Positions 1 through 13,904 of a stretch of DNA of 64,000 nt are shown here, one piece after another. The stretch's first letter is position 1. Each line of letters opens with the position of its first letter. The notes under the pieces are model-generated. The model ran no database searches. It had not been told where the DNA came from and saw nothing but the letters and a program-made list of their open reading frames with translations. Position numbers and translations under genes: made by a program. The DNA is from Eledone cirrhosa (lineage: Eukaryota): the NCBI GenBank assembly GCA_964016885.1, contig CAXHJY010000944.1:9567-73566 (forward strand), read 5' to 3'.

Positions 1-3000
1 AGGAATATCATCCTCATCATACATTGTAGAGGAATATCATCCTCATCATACATTGTAGAGGAATATCATCATCCTCATCATACATTGTAGAGGAATATCA
101 TCCTCATCATACATTGTAGAGGAATATCATCCTCATCATACATTGTAGAGGAATATCATCCTCATCATACATTGTAGAGGTATCATCCTCATCATACATT
201 GTAGAGGTATCATCCTCATCATACATTGTAGAGGAATATCATCCTCATCATACAGTGTAGAGGAATATCATCCTCATCATACATTGTAGAGGAATATCAT
301 CCTCATCATACATTGTAGAGGAATATCATCCTCATCATACATTGTAGAGGAATATCATCCTCATCATACAGTGTAGAGGAATATCATCCTCATCATACAT
401 TGTAGAGGAATATCATCCTCATCATACAGTGTAGAGGAATATCATCCTCATCATACATTGTAGAGGAATATCATCCTCATCATACAGTGTAGAGGAATAT
501 CATCCTCATCATACATTGTAGAGGAATATCATCCTCATCATACATTGTAGAGGAATATCATCCTCATCATACAGTGTAGAGGAATATCATCCTCATCATA
601 CAGTGTAGAGGAATATCATCCTCATCATACATTGTAGAGGAATATCATCCTCATCATACAGTGTAGAGGAATATCATCCTCATCATACATTGTAGAGGAA
701 TATCATCCTCATCATACATTGTAGAGGTATATCATCCTCATCATACATTGTAGAGGTATATCATCCTCATCATACATTGTAGAGGAATATCATCCTCATC
801 ATACATTGTAGAGGTATATCATCCTCATCATACATTGTAGAGGTATATCATCCTCATCATACATTGTAGAGGTATCATCCTCATCATACATTGTAGAGGT
901 ATATCATCCTCATCATACAGTGTAGAGGAATATCATCCTCATCATACATTGTAGAGGAATATCATCCTCATCATACATTGTAGAGGAATATCATCCTCAT
1001 CATACATTGTAGAGGTATATCATCCTCATCATACATTGTAGAGGTATCATCCTCATCATACATTGTAGAGGTATATCATCCTCATCATACAGTGTAGAGG
1101 AATATCATCCTCATCATACAGTGTAGAGGAATATCATCCTCATCATACAGTGTAGAGGAATATCATCCTCATCATACATTGTAGAGGTATCATCCTCATC
1201 ATACAATGTAGAGGAATATCATCCTCATCATACATTGTAGAGGTATATCATCCTCATCATACATTGTAGAGGAATATCATCCTCATCATACATTGTAGAG
1301 GAATATCATCCTCATCATACATTGTAGAGGAATATCATCCTCATCATACATTGTAGAGGAATATCATCATCCTCATCATACATTGTAGAGGAATATCATC
1401 CTCATCATACATTGTAGAGGAATATCATCCTCATCATACATTGTAGAGGAATATCATCCTCATCATACATTGTAGAGGAATATCATCCTCATCATACATT
1501 GTAGAGGTATATCATCCTCATCATACATTGTAGAGGAATATCATCCTCATCATACATTGTAGAGGTATCATCCTCATCATACATTGTAGAGGAATATCAT
1601 CCTCATCATACATTGTAGAGGTATATCATCCTCATCATACATTGTAGAGGTATCATCCTCATCATACATTGTAGAGGTATCATCCTCATCATACATTGTA
1701 GAGGTATCATCCTCATCATACATTGTAGAGGAATATCATCCTCATACATTGTAGAGGTATCATCCTCATCATACAATGTAGAGGAATATCATCCTCATCA
1801 TACATTGTAGAGGAATATCATCATCCTCATCATACATTGTAGAGGAATATCATCCTCATCATACATTGTAGAGGAATATCATCCTCATCATACATTGTAG
1901 AGGAATATCATCCTCATCATACATTGTAGAGGTATCATCCTCATCATACATTGTAGAGGAATATCATCCTCATCATACATTGTAGAGGTATATCATCCTC
2001 ATCATACATTGTAGAGGTATCATCCTCATCATACATTGTAGAGGTATCATCCTCATCATACATTGTAGAGGTATCATCCTCATCATACATTGTAGAGGAA
2101 TATCATCCTCATACATTGTAGAGGTATCATCCTCATCATACAATGTAGAGGAATATCATCCTCATCATACATTGTAGAGGAATATCATCATCCTCATCAT
2201 ACATTGTAGAGGAATATCATCCTCATCATACATTGTAGAGGAATATCATCCTCATCATACATTGTAGAGGAATATCATCCTCATCATACATTGTAGAGGA
2301 ATATCATCCTCATCATACATTGTAGAGGAATATCATCCTCATACATTGTAGAGGTATCATCATCATCATACATTGTAGAGGAATATCATCCTCATCATAC
2401 ATTGTAGAGGAATATCATCCTCATCATACATTGTAGAGGAATATCATCATCCTCATCATACATTGTAGAGGAATATCATCCTCATCATACATTGTAGAGG
2501 TATATCATCCTCATCATACATTGTAGAGGTATATCATCCTCATCATACATTGTAGAGGAATATCATCCTCATCATACATTGTAGAGGAATATCATCCTCA
2601 TCATACATTGTAGAGGAATATCATCCTCATCATACATTGTAGAGGAATATCATCCTCATCATACATTGTAGAGGAATATCATCATCATCATACAGTGTAG
2701 AGGAATATCATCCTCATCATACATTGTAGAGGAATATCATCATCATCATACAGTGTAGAGGAATATCATCCTCATCATACATTGTAGAGGAATATCATCC
2801 TCATCATACATTGTAGAGGTATCATCCTCATCATACATTGTAGAGGAATATCATCCTCATCATACATTGTAGAGGAATATCATCCTCATCATACATTGTA
2901 GAGGAATATCATCCTCATCATACATTGTAGAGGTATATCATCCTCATCATACATTGTAGAGGAATATCATCCTCATCATACATTGTAGAGGTATATCATC

Positions 3001-3573
3001 CTCATCATACATTGTAGAGGAATATCATCCTCATCATACATTGTAGAGGAATATCATCCTCATCATACATTGTAGAGGAATATCATCATCATCATACATT
3101 GTAGAGGAATATCATCCTCATCATACATTGTAGAGGTATATCATCCTCATCATACATTGTAGAGGTATCATCCTCATCATACATTGTAGAGGTATCATCC
3201 TCATCATACATTGTAGAGGAATATCATCCTCATCATACATTGTAGAGGAATATCATCCTCATCATACATTGTAGAGGTATCATCCTCATCATACATTGTA
3301 GAGGAATATCATCCTCATCATACATTGTAGAGGAATATCATCCTCATCATACATTGTAGAGGTATCATCCTCATCATACATTGTAGAGGTATCATCCTCA
3401 TCATACATTGTAGAGGTATATCATCCTCATCATACATTGTAGAGGAATATCATCCTCATCATACATTGTAGAGGTATCATCCTCATCATACATTGTAGAG
3501 GTATCATCCTCATCATACATTGTAGAGGTATATCATCCTCATCATACATTGTAGAGGTATCATCATCATCATC
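1..3573. repeat. 29-bp tandem satellite (AGGAATATCATCCTCATCATACATTGTAG) with 27-32-bp variants; runs off the window start
   Basis: Unit repeats continuously from base 1. Variants are AGGTATCATCC, AGGTATATC, ACAGTGTAG and an extra CAT. Confidence 0.97.
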
Positions 3574-5867
3574 TTATATTCACCATTACAGAATGGATTA
3601 AGTGCTTTTCATTGTGGTAAAAAGCACCCAGTCTGCCCTGTAGGATGTTAGTGCTGGTTCCATGATAAAATGTTCCTTTGTTTAAAATATTGACTAATCC
3701 CAGCATAAATTTCAACTATCAGTTTCTACATATAGTATTTTAACATATAAATATTTAATTCTGAATACTGAATATAAATATTTTTAAAAACAACATTAAA
3801 GTATTAAAATCTCATAGTATAGTATGGACCTATAATTCCTGAGGGAGTCGTGGGGGTTGCCATGCAGTGTTTTCTAGGGTATTTTTAAACCTGGCAGAGT
3901 CCATCTCCTCTCAGGCCTGAATACAGCAGAGAATGAGATATAGAGGAAGAATCAACCCCAGTACATGACTGGTACTTTTTATCGACTTTGAATGGATGAA
4001 AGGCAATGTTGACCACAAAAAAAATCAGAAAGGATTGAAAGAAGTAGATTCATATAAACTAGATAAATGAATTCATATTTATTTGTTTCCATTAATATTA
4101 ATGTTGCCTGTATACTACTGAAGCCGCTGTTTCCCTTCTAATAAATAAATTCACTTCTCTATTTGGTGGTGTTACAATCAAAGGAGAAGAAGTATTTACA
4201 TATCTATGGACTGCTGTAGATACTGCTAGTGAATACTTGTAATCAACATACATTCATTTTGTCCTCTCATTTTTGGGGAATGTTTTTGTTTGAGTGACAC
4301 CCAAGTTGGTTCATTTACTCACAAACATGTGCTCAGATAGAATGATTCAACATACAGATGTGACATTGATGCTTGCCTAGATTATTGGATAATGCAATTG
4401 TAGACTTGGCAGCAGACAGCTTAATGCATGCAGCAGGCAGGCTGGGAGGTGGGTATGGAGGGAGGGTATGATGTTTGAATAAGTCCTCTTGCAATGCAAA
4501 GCAGGTAGATTATGTGAAGTGGAAGAGAGTGCTAGAAAAACAAGAAGGCCATGAATAGCAAAACATTATGGAAGACATTGGAACAAAGACCAATTGAATT
4601 TAGGTAGGGAAAATATTTCAATTTAAAAATATTTGGTAGGCAATTTGGTTGGCCTGTGATAGTGAGAAGACAGAGGTCTTATTAGATACACTGATTGTAA
4701 ATCAATTAGTAAAAGATAAAATATTCTACTTATGGTAAGCCAGTAGTACCATAATTAGAAGTCAGCATCAAACCAATTCTAAACACTTCTCAATCAATCC
4801 CCACAAATCTTAAAACAAAATCACTACAAATTATCAACACCAAAAACTCTCTGTCCTTCTTTTCCAACCAGTTCGTTATTCCATAATTACTATACACAAC
4901 ATTACACTAACATATATAACAACTATCTTTCCTTGTCACTCTCATTACTTCTACTAATAAGGTTTCCTCAACTTGAAAGTTTTAGTGTTTGACAGGTTTA
5001 TTAATATATATTCAACATTCTAATGTTATTTTACCAACTAACAGCAGGAATCACCAATATATTTGCTGCAATAACTTAATAAAGCTGAGAAGATGCTGTA
5101 ATGAGAAGATGTACTGGAAAATCAAATATTATAAACATACTGAGAACTAGTAACAGTTTTTGATACCAAACTACCTGAAACTACCTCTGGTTCTGTGATA
5201 TAGAACTGTTTGTTAAAGTGTCTATATTATCTAAAAACCAGCTATTACAATTTAATGTAACACCCTTTAAGTCACTAGCTTAGTGACAAAAAAGTTATAT
5301 TACAAAATCCCTCCAAATTCTCAATCATTTGAAAATTATAGACAGTATCTTTCGTTAGAAATATAGTAACAAATAGGTTAAAATGGAATTCTATTTTAAA
5401 ATAGTAAATAGTATTTTTAGATGATAAATGGAGTCATTAGGGCATAAGATTAAAAACCTTGATATTTATTCAGGGCCTCTATATATATTCAGGGCCTCTA
5501 TATTTATTCAGGCCCTCTACACTCTCAGTTCAAATCCAAGATTAACTTGGTCAACAGATAATGTAGAAATCCTTCAAAGATAAATTAACAAAATTGTTAA
5601 AACGGTGGAATACTTTGTTCTGAGTTCTAACTCTGCCTCCTGTCACTATGGTGATGGTTCAACTACCAGGAGTTCCAGCAATCAGCTGATATAGTCTTTC
5701 CTTCAACAGGTTAGCATCTTATTAAAAATTACTGGATTAAAAAAACAATCAAACATTTTCAAACAATCAATTAAAATATGTTAATGTTTAGTAATTTGTT
5801 GTAAATGGAAATAAGGAGTTGCGAAAAAAACAATTCTTAACTCTTTTAACACCTGAGACTTCTTGTA

Positions 5868-6136
5868 ATAACTGTTTCTACTTTTGGCACAAGGCCAGCA
5901 ATAACCCAGTGCATTACTAGTACTTTATTTTATTGACCCCGTAAGGATGAAAGGCAAAGTTAACCTTGGCAGGATTTGAAATCAGACTGTAAAGGGACGT
6001 AACTCTATGCTAGAAAGCATGGCGTGAGACCCTCTACCGATACTGCAACAATTTGGAGGGGGAGAGGGGAAAGTCGATTAAGCTGAGCCCCAGTGGATTA
6101 CTGGTACTTTATTTTATCGACCCCGTAAAGATGAAC
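5868..6136 (-). mobile_element. tRNA-derived SINE (family 2) with partial internal duplication
   Basis: Shares TGTTTCTACTTT.GGCACAAGGCCAGCAAT.ACCCAGT...TTTATTTTATCGACCCCGTAAGGATGAAAGGCAAAGTTAACC with copies at 15188, 33456 and 58152. Confidence 0.8.
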
Positions 6137-6539
6137 TCAGAATATAACTCTGTCACAATGTGTGTTGTCTGAAGCTCTACCTATTACTGCCACCCCCACC
6201 CCAACATATGCCCTAATAATAATATTCATAACCTTGTAATCAGAGTGTAAAGAAATAGAATAATGTGTTATAGAGAATGTAAATTTTGTTAATCTGCTCA
6301 ACACAACATCGTTAGTGAGGAAGAAATTGATTAGAATTGTCATTGGCTGTAAGATAATATTTCACTAATGGATTACAGGGAGGTATAATTTATAATGACA
6401 CTTAACCCCTACAAAGCTATATAAACAGCTTTATTGAAATAATGAAACAGATGGTGAAGAAAAGTTGATGGTTTGTTTGGTGTTGAAAGCTGATCAAAAA
6501 TATCACATTTGTCATGATACCATTTCAAGTTTTTAATCA

Positions 6540-7361
6540 TTAACCCTTTAGTTACCAACCCAGCCCAAACCAGCTCTGGTTCTATGAAATAAAACCTCCC
6601 ATTTTAACCCTTTAGTTACCAACCCAGCCAAAACCAGTTCTGGTTCTATGAAATAAAACCTCCCATTTTAACCCTTTAGTTACCAACCTGACCAAAACCA
6701 GCTCTGGTTCTATGAAATAAAACCTCCCATTTTAACCCTTTAGTTACCAACCCAGCCAAAACCAGTTCTGGTTCTATGAAATAAAACCTCCCATTTTAAC
6801 CCTTTAGTTACCAACCCAGCCAAAACCAGTTCTGGTTCTATGAAATAAAACCTCCCATTTTAACCCTTTAGTTACCAACCTGACCAAAACCAGCCCTGGT
6901 TCTATGAAATAAAACCTCCCATTTTAACCCTTTAGTTACCAACCCAGCCAAAACCAGTTCTGGTTCTATGAAATAAAACCTCCCATTTTAACCCTTTAGT
7001 TACCAACCTGACCAAAACCAGCCCTGGTTCTATGAAATAAAACCTCCCATTTTAACCCTTTAGTTACCAACCCAGCCAAAACCAGTTCTGGTTCTATGAA
7101 ATAAAACCTCCCATTTTAACCCTTTAGTTACCAACCTGACCAAAACCAGCCCTGGTTCTATGAAATAAAACCTCCCATTTTAACCCTTTAGTTACCAACC
7201 AGCCCAAAACCAGCCCTGGTTCTATGAAATAAAACCAATTTAAATTAAGTTACTATCTCAGTAATGAAATAATTGATAATTTTAGTAAATCCCTAAAAAT
7301 TCTTCATTAATTAATTAAAACAAAGTGTGTTTCATCAGAAATGTAGTCGTGAAAGGGTTAA
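6540..7361 (+). mobile_element. piggyBac-like TTAA MITE whose left 64 bp are amplified 11 times in tandem
   Basis: Starts TTAA-CCCTTTAG and ends GAAAGGG-TTAA. 64-bp units start at 6541, 6605 ... 7181. Same element at 12171, 35144 and 39755. Confidence 0.8.
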
Positions 7362-7376
7362 ACAAAGATGTGTGTT

Positions 7377-7655
7377 GTGGAGGTGTGTGGCCTAGAGGTA
7401 AGGGTGTTGGGCTTACAATCATAATGTTGTAGGTTCGATTCCTGGGTTGTGTGTTGTGTTCTTGAGCAAAACACTTCATTTCACGTTGCTCCAGTATACT
7501 CAGCTGAAAATGAGTAGCAGCAACAGCAGTGAGTTTACTCCTGTGATGGACTGGTGCCATGTCCAGGAGTGGGAGTCTTTTACTTTCAATCACATAACAC
7601 CACAAAAACTGAGATAAGACCCGACCTGATGAGCCCCAAGCTCAAGACAGACTTT
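7377..7655 (+). mobile_element. tRNA-derived SINE (family 1)
   Basis: A-box-like TGGCCTAGAGG and B-box GGTTCGATTCC, then body TTGAGCAAAACACTTCATTTCACGTTGCTCCAGTATACTCAGCTGAAAATGAG shared with 21128 and 39095. Confidence 0.85.
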
Positions 7656-7989
7656 AAACAATAATGTGTTAAACTATAAGAATTAAATCTGATTTAGGGC
7701 TAAAATTAGACTACCAACCTTATTCAAACTGAAGAAAGCATTTAAATATAAGTTTGAAATGAGAGGCAATGGAGAAGAGTTCCAGCTAGATATTGTCAAC
7801 TAAATCATCACATGGTTTAAATACACAGCAACACTCCAATATCCAAATGGTTTAATGCCAGTAGAAGGGCACCCAGGAGTTATGACCTGGACGTGGCCTA
7901 ACCCCTCTAGTGTGTAAGAAGTTAAGGGCTGATGTTTCTTCTCCTGAGAGTTTCTTACCACTTCATTTATTTATTTATCTATTTTTGTA

Positions 7990-10900
7990 CTTTCTATTGT
8001 CTTCGTCTTTCTATTGTCTTTCTATATTCTTTCTATTGGCTTTCTATTGTCTTTCTATAGTCTTTCTATTGTCTTTCTATAGTCTTTCTATAGTCTTTCT
8101 ATTGTCATTCTACAGTCTTTCTATAGTCATTCTATAGTCATTCTATAGTCTTTCTATGGTCTTTCTATTGTCTTTCTATAGTATTTCTATAGTCTTTCTA
8201 TTGTCTTTCTATTGTCTTTCTATAGTCTTTCTATTGTCTTTCTATAGTCTTTCTATAGTCTTTCTATTGTCTTTCTATAGTCTTTCTATTGTCTTTCTAT
8301 AGTCTTTCTATAGTCTTTCTATTGTCTTTCTATAGTCTTTCTATTGTCTTTCTATAGTCTTTCTATAGTCTTTCTATAGTCTTTCTATTGTCTTTCTATA
8401 GTCTTTCTATTGTCTTTCTATAGTCTTTCTATAGTCTTTCTATTGTCTTTCTATAGTCTTTCTATTGTCATTCTATAGTCTTTCTATTGTCTTTCTATAG
8501 TCTTTCTATAGTCTTTCTATAGTCTTTCTATTGGCTTTCTATAGTCTTTCTATAGTCTTTCTATTGGCTTTCTATAGTCTTTCTATAGTCTTTCTATTGT
8601 CTTTCTATTGGCTTTCTATAGTCTTTCTATAGTCTTTCTATTGTCTTTCTATAGTCTTTCTATTGTCTTTCTATTGTCTTTCTATAGTCTTTCTATTGGC
8701 TTTCTATAGTCTTTCTATTGTCTTTCTATAGTCTTTATTGTCTTTCTATTGTCTTTCTACAGTCTTTCTACAGTCTTTCTATAGTCTTTCTATAGTCTTT
8801 CTATAGTCTTTCTATTGTCTTTCTATTGTCTTTCTACAGTCTTTCTATAGTCTTTCTATTGTCTTCGTCTTTCTATAGTCTTTCTATAGTCTTTCTATAG
8901 TATTTCTATAGTCTTTCTATTGTCTTTCTATAGTCTTTCTACAGTCTTTCTATAGTCTTTCTATTGTCTTCGTCTTTCTATAGTCTTTCTATAGTATTTC
9001 TATAGTCTTTCTATAGTATTTCTATAGTCTTTCTATAGTATTTCTATAGTCTTTCTATAGTCTTTCTATAGTCTTTCTACAGTCTTTCTATTGTCTTTCT
9101 ATAGTCTTTCTACAGTCTTTCTATTGTCTTTCTATAGTCTTTCTACAGTCTTTCTATTGTCTTTCTATAGTCTTTCTATAGTCTTTCTATTGGCTTTCTA
9201 TAGTCTTTCTATAGTCTTTCTATTGGCTTTCTATAGTCTTTCTATAGTCTTTCTATTGTCTTTCTATAGTCTTTTTACAGTCTTTCTATAGTCTTTCTAC
9301 AGTCTTTCTATAGTCTTTCTATAGTCTTTATTGTCTTTCTATTGTCTTTCTACAGTCTTTCTACAGTCTTTCTATAGTCTTTCTATAGTCTTTCTATAGT
9401 CTTTCTATAGTCTTTCTCTAGTCTTTCTATAGTATTTCTATTGTCTTTCTATTGTCTTTCTACAGTCTTTCTATAGTCTTTCTATTGTCTTCGTCTTTCT
9501 ATAGTCTTTCTATAGTATTTCTATAGTCTTTCTATTGTCTTTCTATAGTCTTTCTATAGTCTTTCTATTGTCATTCTACAGTCTTTCTATAGTCATTCTA
9601 TAGTCATTCTATAGTCTTTCTATGGTCTTTCTATTGTCTTTCTATAGTATTTCTATAGTCTTTCTATTGTCTTTCTATAGTCTTTCTATTGTCTTTCTAT
9701 AGTCTTTCTATAGTCTTTCTATTGGCTTTCTATAGTCTTTCTATTGTCATTCTATAGTCTTTCTATTGTCTTTCTATAGTCTTTCTATAGTCTTTCTATA
9801 GTCTTTCTATTGGCTTTCTATAGTCTTTCTATAGTCTTTCTATTGGCTTTCTATAGTCTTTCTATAGTCTTTCTATTGTCTTTCTATTGGCTTTCTATAG
9901 TCTTTCTATAGTCTTTCTATTGTCTTTCTATAGTCTTTCTATTGTCTTTCTATTGTCTTTCTATAGTCTTTCTATTGGCTTTCTATAGTCTTTCTATTGT
10001 CTTTCTATAGTCTTTATTGTCTTTCTATTGTCTTTCTACAGTCTTTCTACAGTCTTTCTATAGTCTTTCTATAGTCTTTCTATAGTCTTTCTATTGTCTT
10101 TCTATTGTCTTTCTACAGTCTTTCTATAGTCTTTCTATTGTCTTCGTCTTTCTATAGTCTTTCTATAGTCTTTCTATAGTATTTCTATAGTCTTTCTATT
10201 GTCTTTCTATAGTCTTTCTACAGTCTTTCTATAGTCTTTCTATTGTCTTCGTCTTTCTATAGTCTTTCTATAGTATTTCTATAGTCTTTCTATAGTATTT
10301 CTATAGTCTTTCTATAGTCTTTCTATAGTCTTTCTACAGTCTTTCTATTGTCTTTCTATAGTCTTTCTACAGTCTTTCTATTGTCTTTCTATAGTCTTTC
10401 TATAGTCTTTCTACAGTCTTTCTATTGGCTTTCTATAGTCTTTCTATAGTCTTTCTATTGTCTTTCTATTGTCTTTCTATAGTCTTTCTATAGTCTTTCT
10501 ACAGTCTTTCTATTGTCTTTCTATAGTCTTTCTACAGTCTTTCTATTGTCTTTCTATAGTCTTTCTATAGTCTTTCTATAGTCTTTCTATAGTCTTTCTA
10601 TTGGCTTTCTATAGTCTTTCTATAGTCTTTCTATTGTCTTTCTATTGGCTTTCTATAGTCTTTCTATAGTCTTTCTATTGTCTTTCTATAGTCTTTCTAT
10701 TGTCTTTCTATAGTCTTTCTACAGTCTTTCTATAGTCTTTCTATAGTCTTTATTGTCTTTCTATTGTCTTTCTACAGTCTTTCTACAGTCTTTCTACAGT
10801 CTTTCTATAGTCTTTCTATAGTCTTTATTGTCTTTCTATTGTCTTTCTTCAGTCTTTCTACAGTCTTTCTATAGTCTTTCTATAGTCTTTCTATAGTCTT

Positions 10901-11205
10901 TCTCTAGTCTTTCTATAGTATTTCTATTGTCTTTCTATTGTCTTTCTACAGTCTTTCTATAGTCTTTCTATTGTCTTCGTCTTTCTATAGTCTTTCTATA
11001 GTATTTCTATAGTCTTTCTATTGTCTTTCTATAGTCTTTCTACAGTCTTTCTATTGTCTTCGTCTTTCTATAGTCTTTCTACAGTCTTTCTATTGTCTTT
11101 CTATAGTCTTTCTATTGTCTTTCTACAGTCTTGCTACAGTCTTTCTATAGTCTTTCTATAGTCTTTCTATTGTCTTTCTATTGTCTTTCTATAGTCTTTC
11201 TATTA
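7990..11205. repeat. 11-bp satellite (TCTTTCTATAG / TCTTTCTATTG / TCTTTCTACAG)
   Basis: Continuous tandem array. Runs of variants recur as larger blocks (e.g. ~8100-9200 again at ~9570-10600). Confidence 0.97.
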
Positions 11206-11589
11206 ACTGACTGACACAACATATTGTTAGACCTACGGCGGCGGCGGTGGTGTATGTGGTGCTGCTGCTGATGTTGGTTTTTCCCTTTCCTTGTCATCAT
11301 CAACATTGTCATCAACAATGTAGCTTGTGATGACAACAACAAGAAGGGATGATGCTATTAGTTCTTGTATGTTGTTGTTGTTACTGTTGTATGTTGTTGC
11401 TGCAATAGTAGTAGTGGTGGTGGTAGTAGTGGCAGCTGTACTAATTGTTGTTGTTGTTGCTGTTGCTGGTCGTTGCCAATCATCCCAGCAGGAGAATCAG
11501 CGTCCCCTATGTCAGAAAGGTGACTGAACTTACATTTGGGAGTAACCTATAAATCCAATATGTCACTGTATACTTGATATTGCTGTTGT

Positions 11590-12068
11590 AACTACACCAC
11601 CACCACCACCTACACCAGCTACACCACCTCCACTACCTACACCACTACCACCTACACCACCACTACCACCTACACCACCACCACCTCCACCATCTACACC
11701 ACCTACACCACTACCACCTACACCACCACCACCTACACCAGCTACACCACCTCAACCACTACCACCTACACCACCACCCTCACCCCACTTACACCAGCTA
11801 CACCACCACCACCTACTTCACCATCACCTACACCACAACTACCTACACTACCACCACCACCACCTACACCACCATCACCATCACCTACATCACCACCACT
11901 ACACCACCACCACCTACACTACCACCACCAACAACAACGACCACCACCATCACCTTCACTACCACCACCACCACCACCACTACCAACAACAACAACACCA
12001 CCACCTACACCACCACTACTACACCACCCCATCCTCACTACCACCACCATCACTACCATCACCAACCA
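11590..12068. repeat. Low-complexity (CAC)/(CTACAC) repeat
   Basis: Degenerate ACC/CTACACC tandem. Confidence 0.9.
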
Positions 12069-12170
12069 TATTTATTTCAGACAAGTTGTCAGAGGATATT
12101 TACAATTGAAGTATGATTCTGGGGTTGTATTTGTCTTGTGACTTGATCAGAGACCATGGCATGTTGAAAT

Positions 12171-12534
12171 TTAACCCTTTAGTTACCAACCCAGCCAAAA
12201 CCAGTTCTGGTTCTATGAAATAAAACCTCCCATTTTAACCCTTTAGTTACCAACCCAGCCAAAACCAGTTCTGGTTCTATGAAATAAAACCTCCCATTTT
12301 AACCCTTTATTTACCAACCCAGCCAAAACCAGTTCTGGTTCTATGAAATAAAACCACCCATTTTAAAGGTTTCTAATTTAAATTTAAATCTTCCAACATA
12401 ATTCTATATAAGAACCTTACATTAAGTTACTATCTTAGTAGTGAAATAATTAATAATTTTAGTAAATCCCTCAAAATTCTTCATTAATTAATTGAAATAT
12501 TATTTCATTAGAAATATGGCCAGGAAAGGGTTGA
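12171..12534 (+). mobile_element. piggyBac-like TTAA MITE, 3 head units
   Basis: TTAA-CCCTTTAGTTACC x3, body matches 40200-40375, right end GGAAAGGG-TTGA. Confidence 0.78.
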
Positions 12535-12914
12535 AAAATGAATGGTAAGAAACAATCAGGATAGCTGGACAACAGTAGGTCTTCAGAGAAGAACCCCTGC
12601 CCCCTCAAGCAATTATTTTGGCTCTAAACTTGTTACACTCTAAAGGGCTCCGGACATGGCATGTTAATACTTAAACAATTACATCATAGAAGTGTCATTT
12701 AAAAACATATGTTGAAATATATTGAGTAAAACAGTGTTAGTCATATTTGACCCTTCTACCAGATTCTACCAGATTCTACCAGATTCTACCAACTTGCTGA
12801 AACCTGTCATATAACTGATTTCACATTTTAACAATTGATCTTGGAAAAAGACATCTCTTCACATTTAATGTATTGACCTTTTGTAATTTACTGCTTCCTT
12901 CCTTAACTAACAGG

Positions 12915-12919
12915 GAGAG

Positions 12920-12951
<32 letters not shown>

Positions 12952-13757
12952 CATAAGAGAGAGAGTGAGTGTGTGTGTGTGCATAAGAGAGAGAGTGAGG
13001 GTGTGTGTGCAAGAGAGTGAGTGTGTGTGTGTGTGAGAGAGAGAGAGAGTGTGTGTGTATGAGAGAGAGAGAGAGTGTGTGTGTATGAGAGAGAGAGAGA
13101 GTGTGAGTGTGAGAGAGAATGTGTGTGAGTGTGAGAGAGAGTGTGCAAGAGAATGTGTGTGAGAGAGAGAGAGTGTGTGTGAGTGTGTGTGTGAGAGAAT
13201 GTGAGAGAGTGTGTGTGAGAGAGAGAGTACGTGAGTGTGAGAGAGTGTGTGAGAGAGAGAGAGTGTGTGAGAGAGTGTGTGTGAGAGTGTGTGTGAGAGT
13301 GTGTGTGAGAGTGTGTGTGAGAGAGAGTGTGTGAGAAAGTGTGTGTGAGAGAGTGTGTGAGAGAGTGTGTGTGAGAGAGAGTGTGTGTGTGAGAGAGAGT
13401 GTGTGAGAAAGTGTGAGTGTGAGAGTGTGAGAGAGTGTGTGTGAGTGTGTGAGTGAGAGAGTGTGAGTGTGAGAGAGTGTGTGTGAGAGTGTGTGTGTGT
13501 GAGAGAGTGTGAGTGAGTGAGTGAGTGTGAGAGAGTGAGTGTGAGAGAGTGTGAGAGTGTGTGAGTGTGAGAGAGTGTGAGAGTGTGTGAGAGTGTGTGT
13601 GAGAGAGAGAGTGTGTGTGTGAGAGAGTGTGTGAGAGAGTGTGAGAGTGTGTGAGAGAGTGTGTGTCAAAGTGTGTGTGTGAGAATGTGTGTGTGAGAGT
13701 GTGTGTGTGTGTGAGAGAGTGTGTGTGAGAGTGTGTGTGTGTGAGAGAGTGTGTCTG
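12915..13757. repeat. Compound (GA)n/(GT)n microsatellite
   Basis: Direct reading. Confidence 0.95.
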
Positions 13758-13904
13758 TCAGTGTTGTTACAACCAGTACAACACCTCTCATAACAATCTA
13801 TAAAAACCTTCATACCTCCATTAAATATTTTAACTTGTCAAATTTGTCAATAAATGTTTCTAGAAACAGATTCTCTATCAGATCCCTTTTATGAAACATC
13901 TTTA

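Noticed and set aside
1-3573. GAGGA/TCCTC mini-hairpin in each 29-bp unit; CRISPR-like or ribozyme array
   Set aside because: No spacers and no catalytic core. It is an ordinary satellite.
7626-7650. CTGATGAG motif in the SINE 3' part (also 21380)
   Set aside because: No GAAA after the stem, so it is not a hammerhead core.
12821-13813. 330-aa HTLS-repeat ORF
   Set aside because: Translation of a (GA/GT)n microsatellite.
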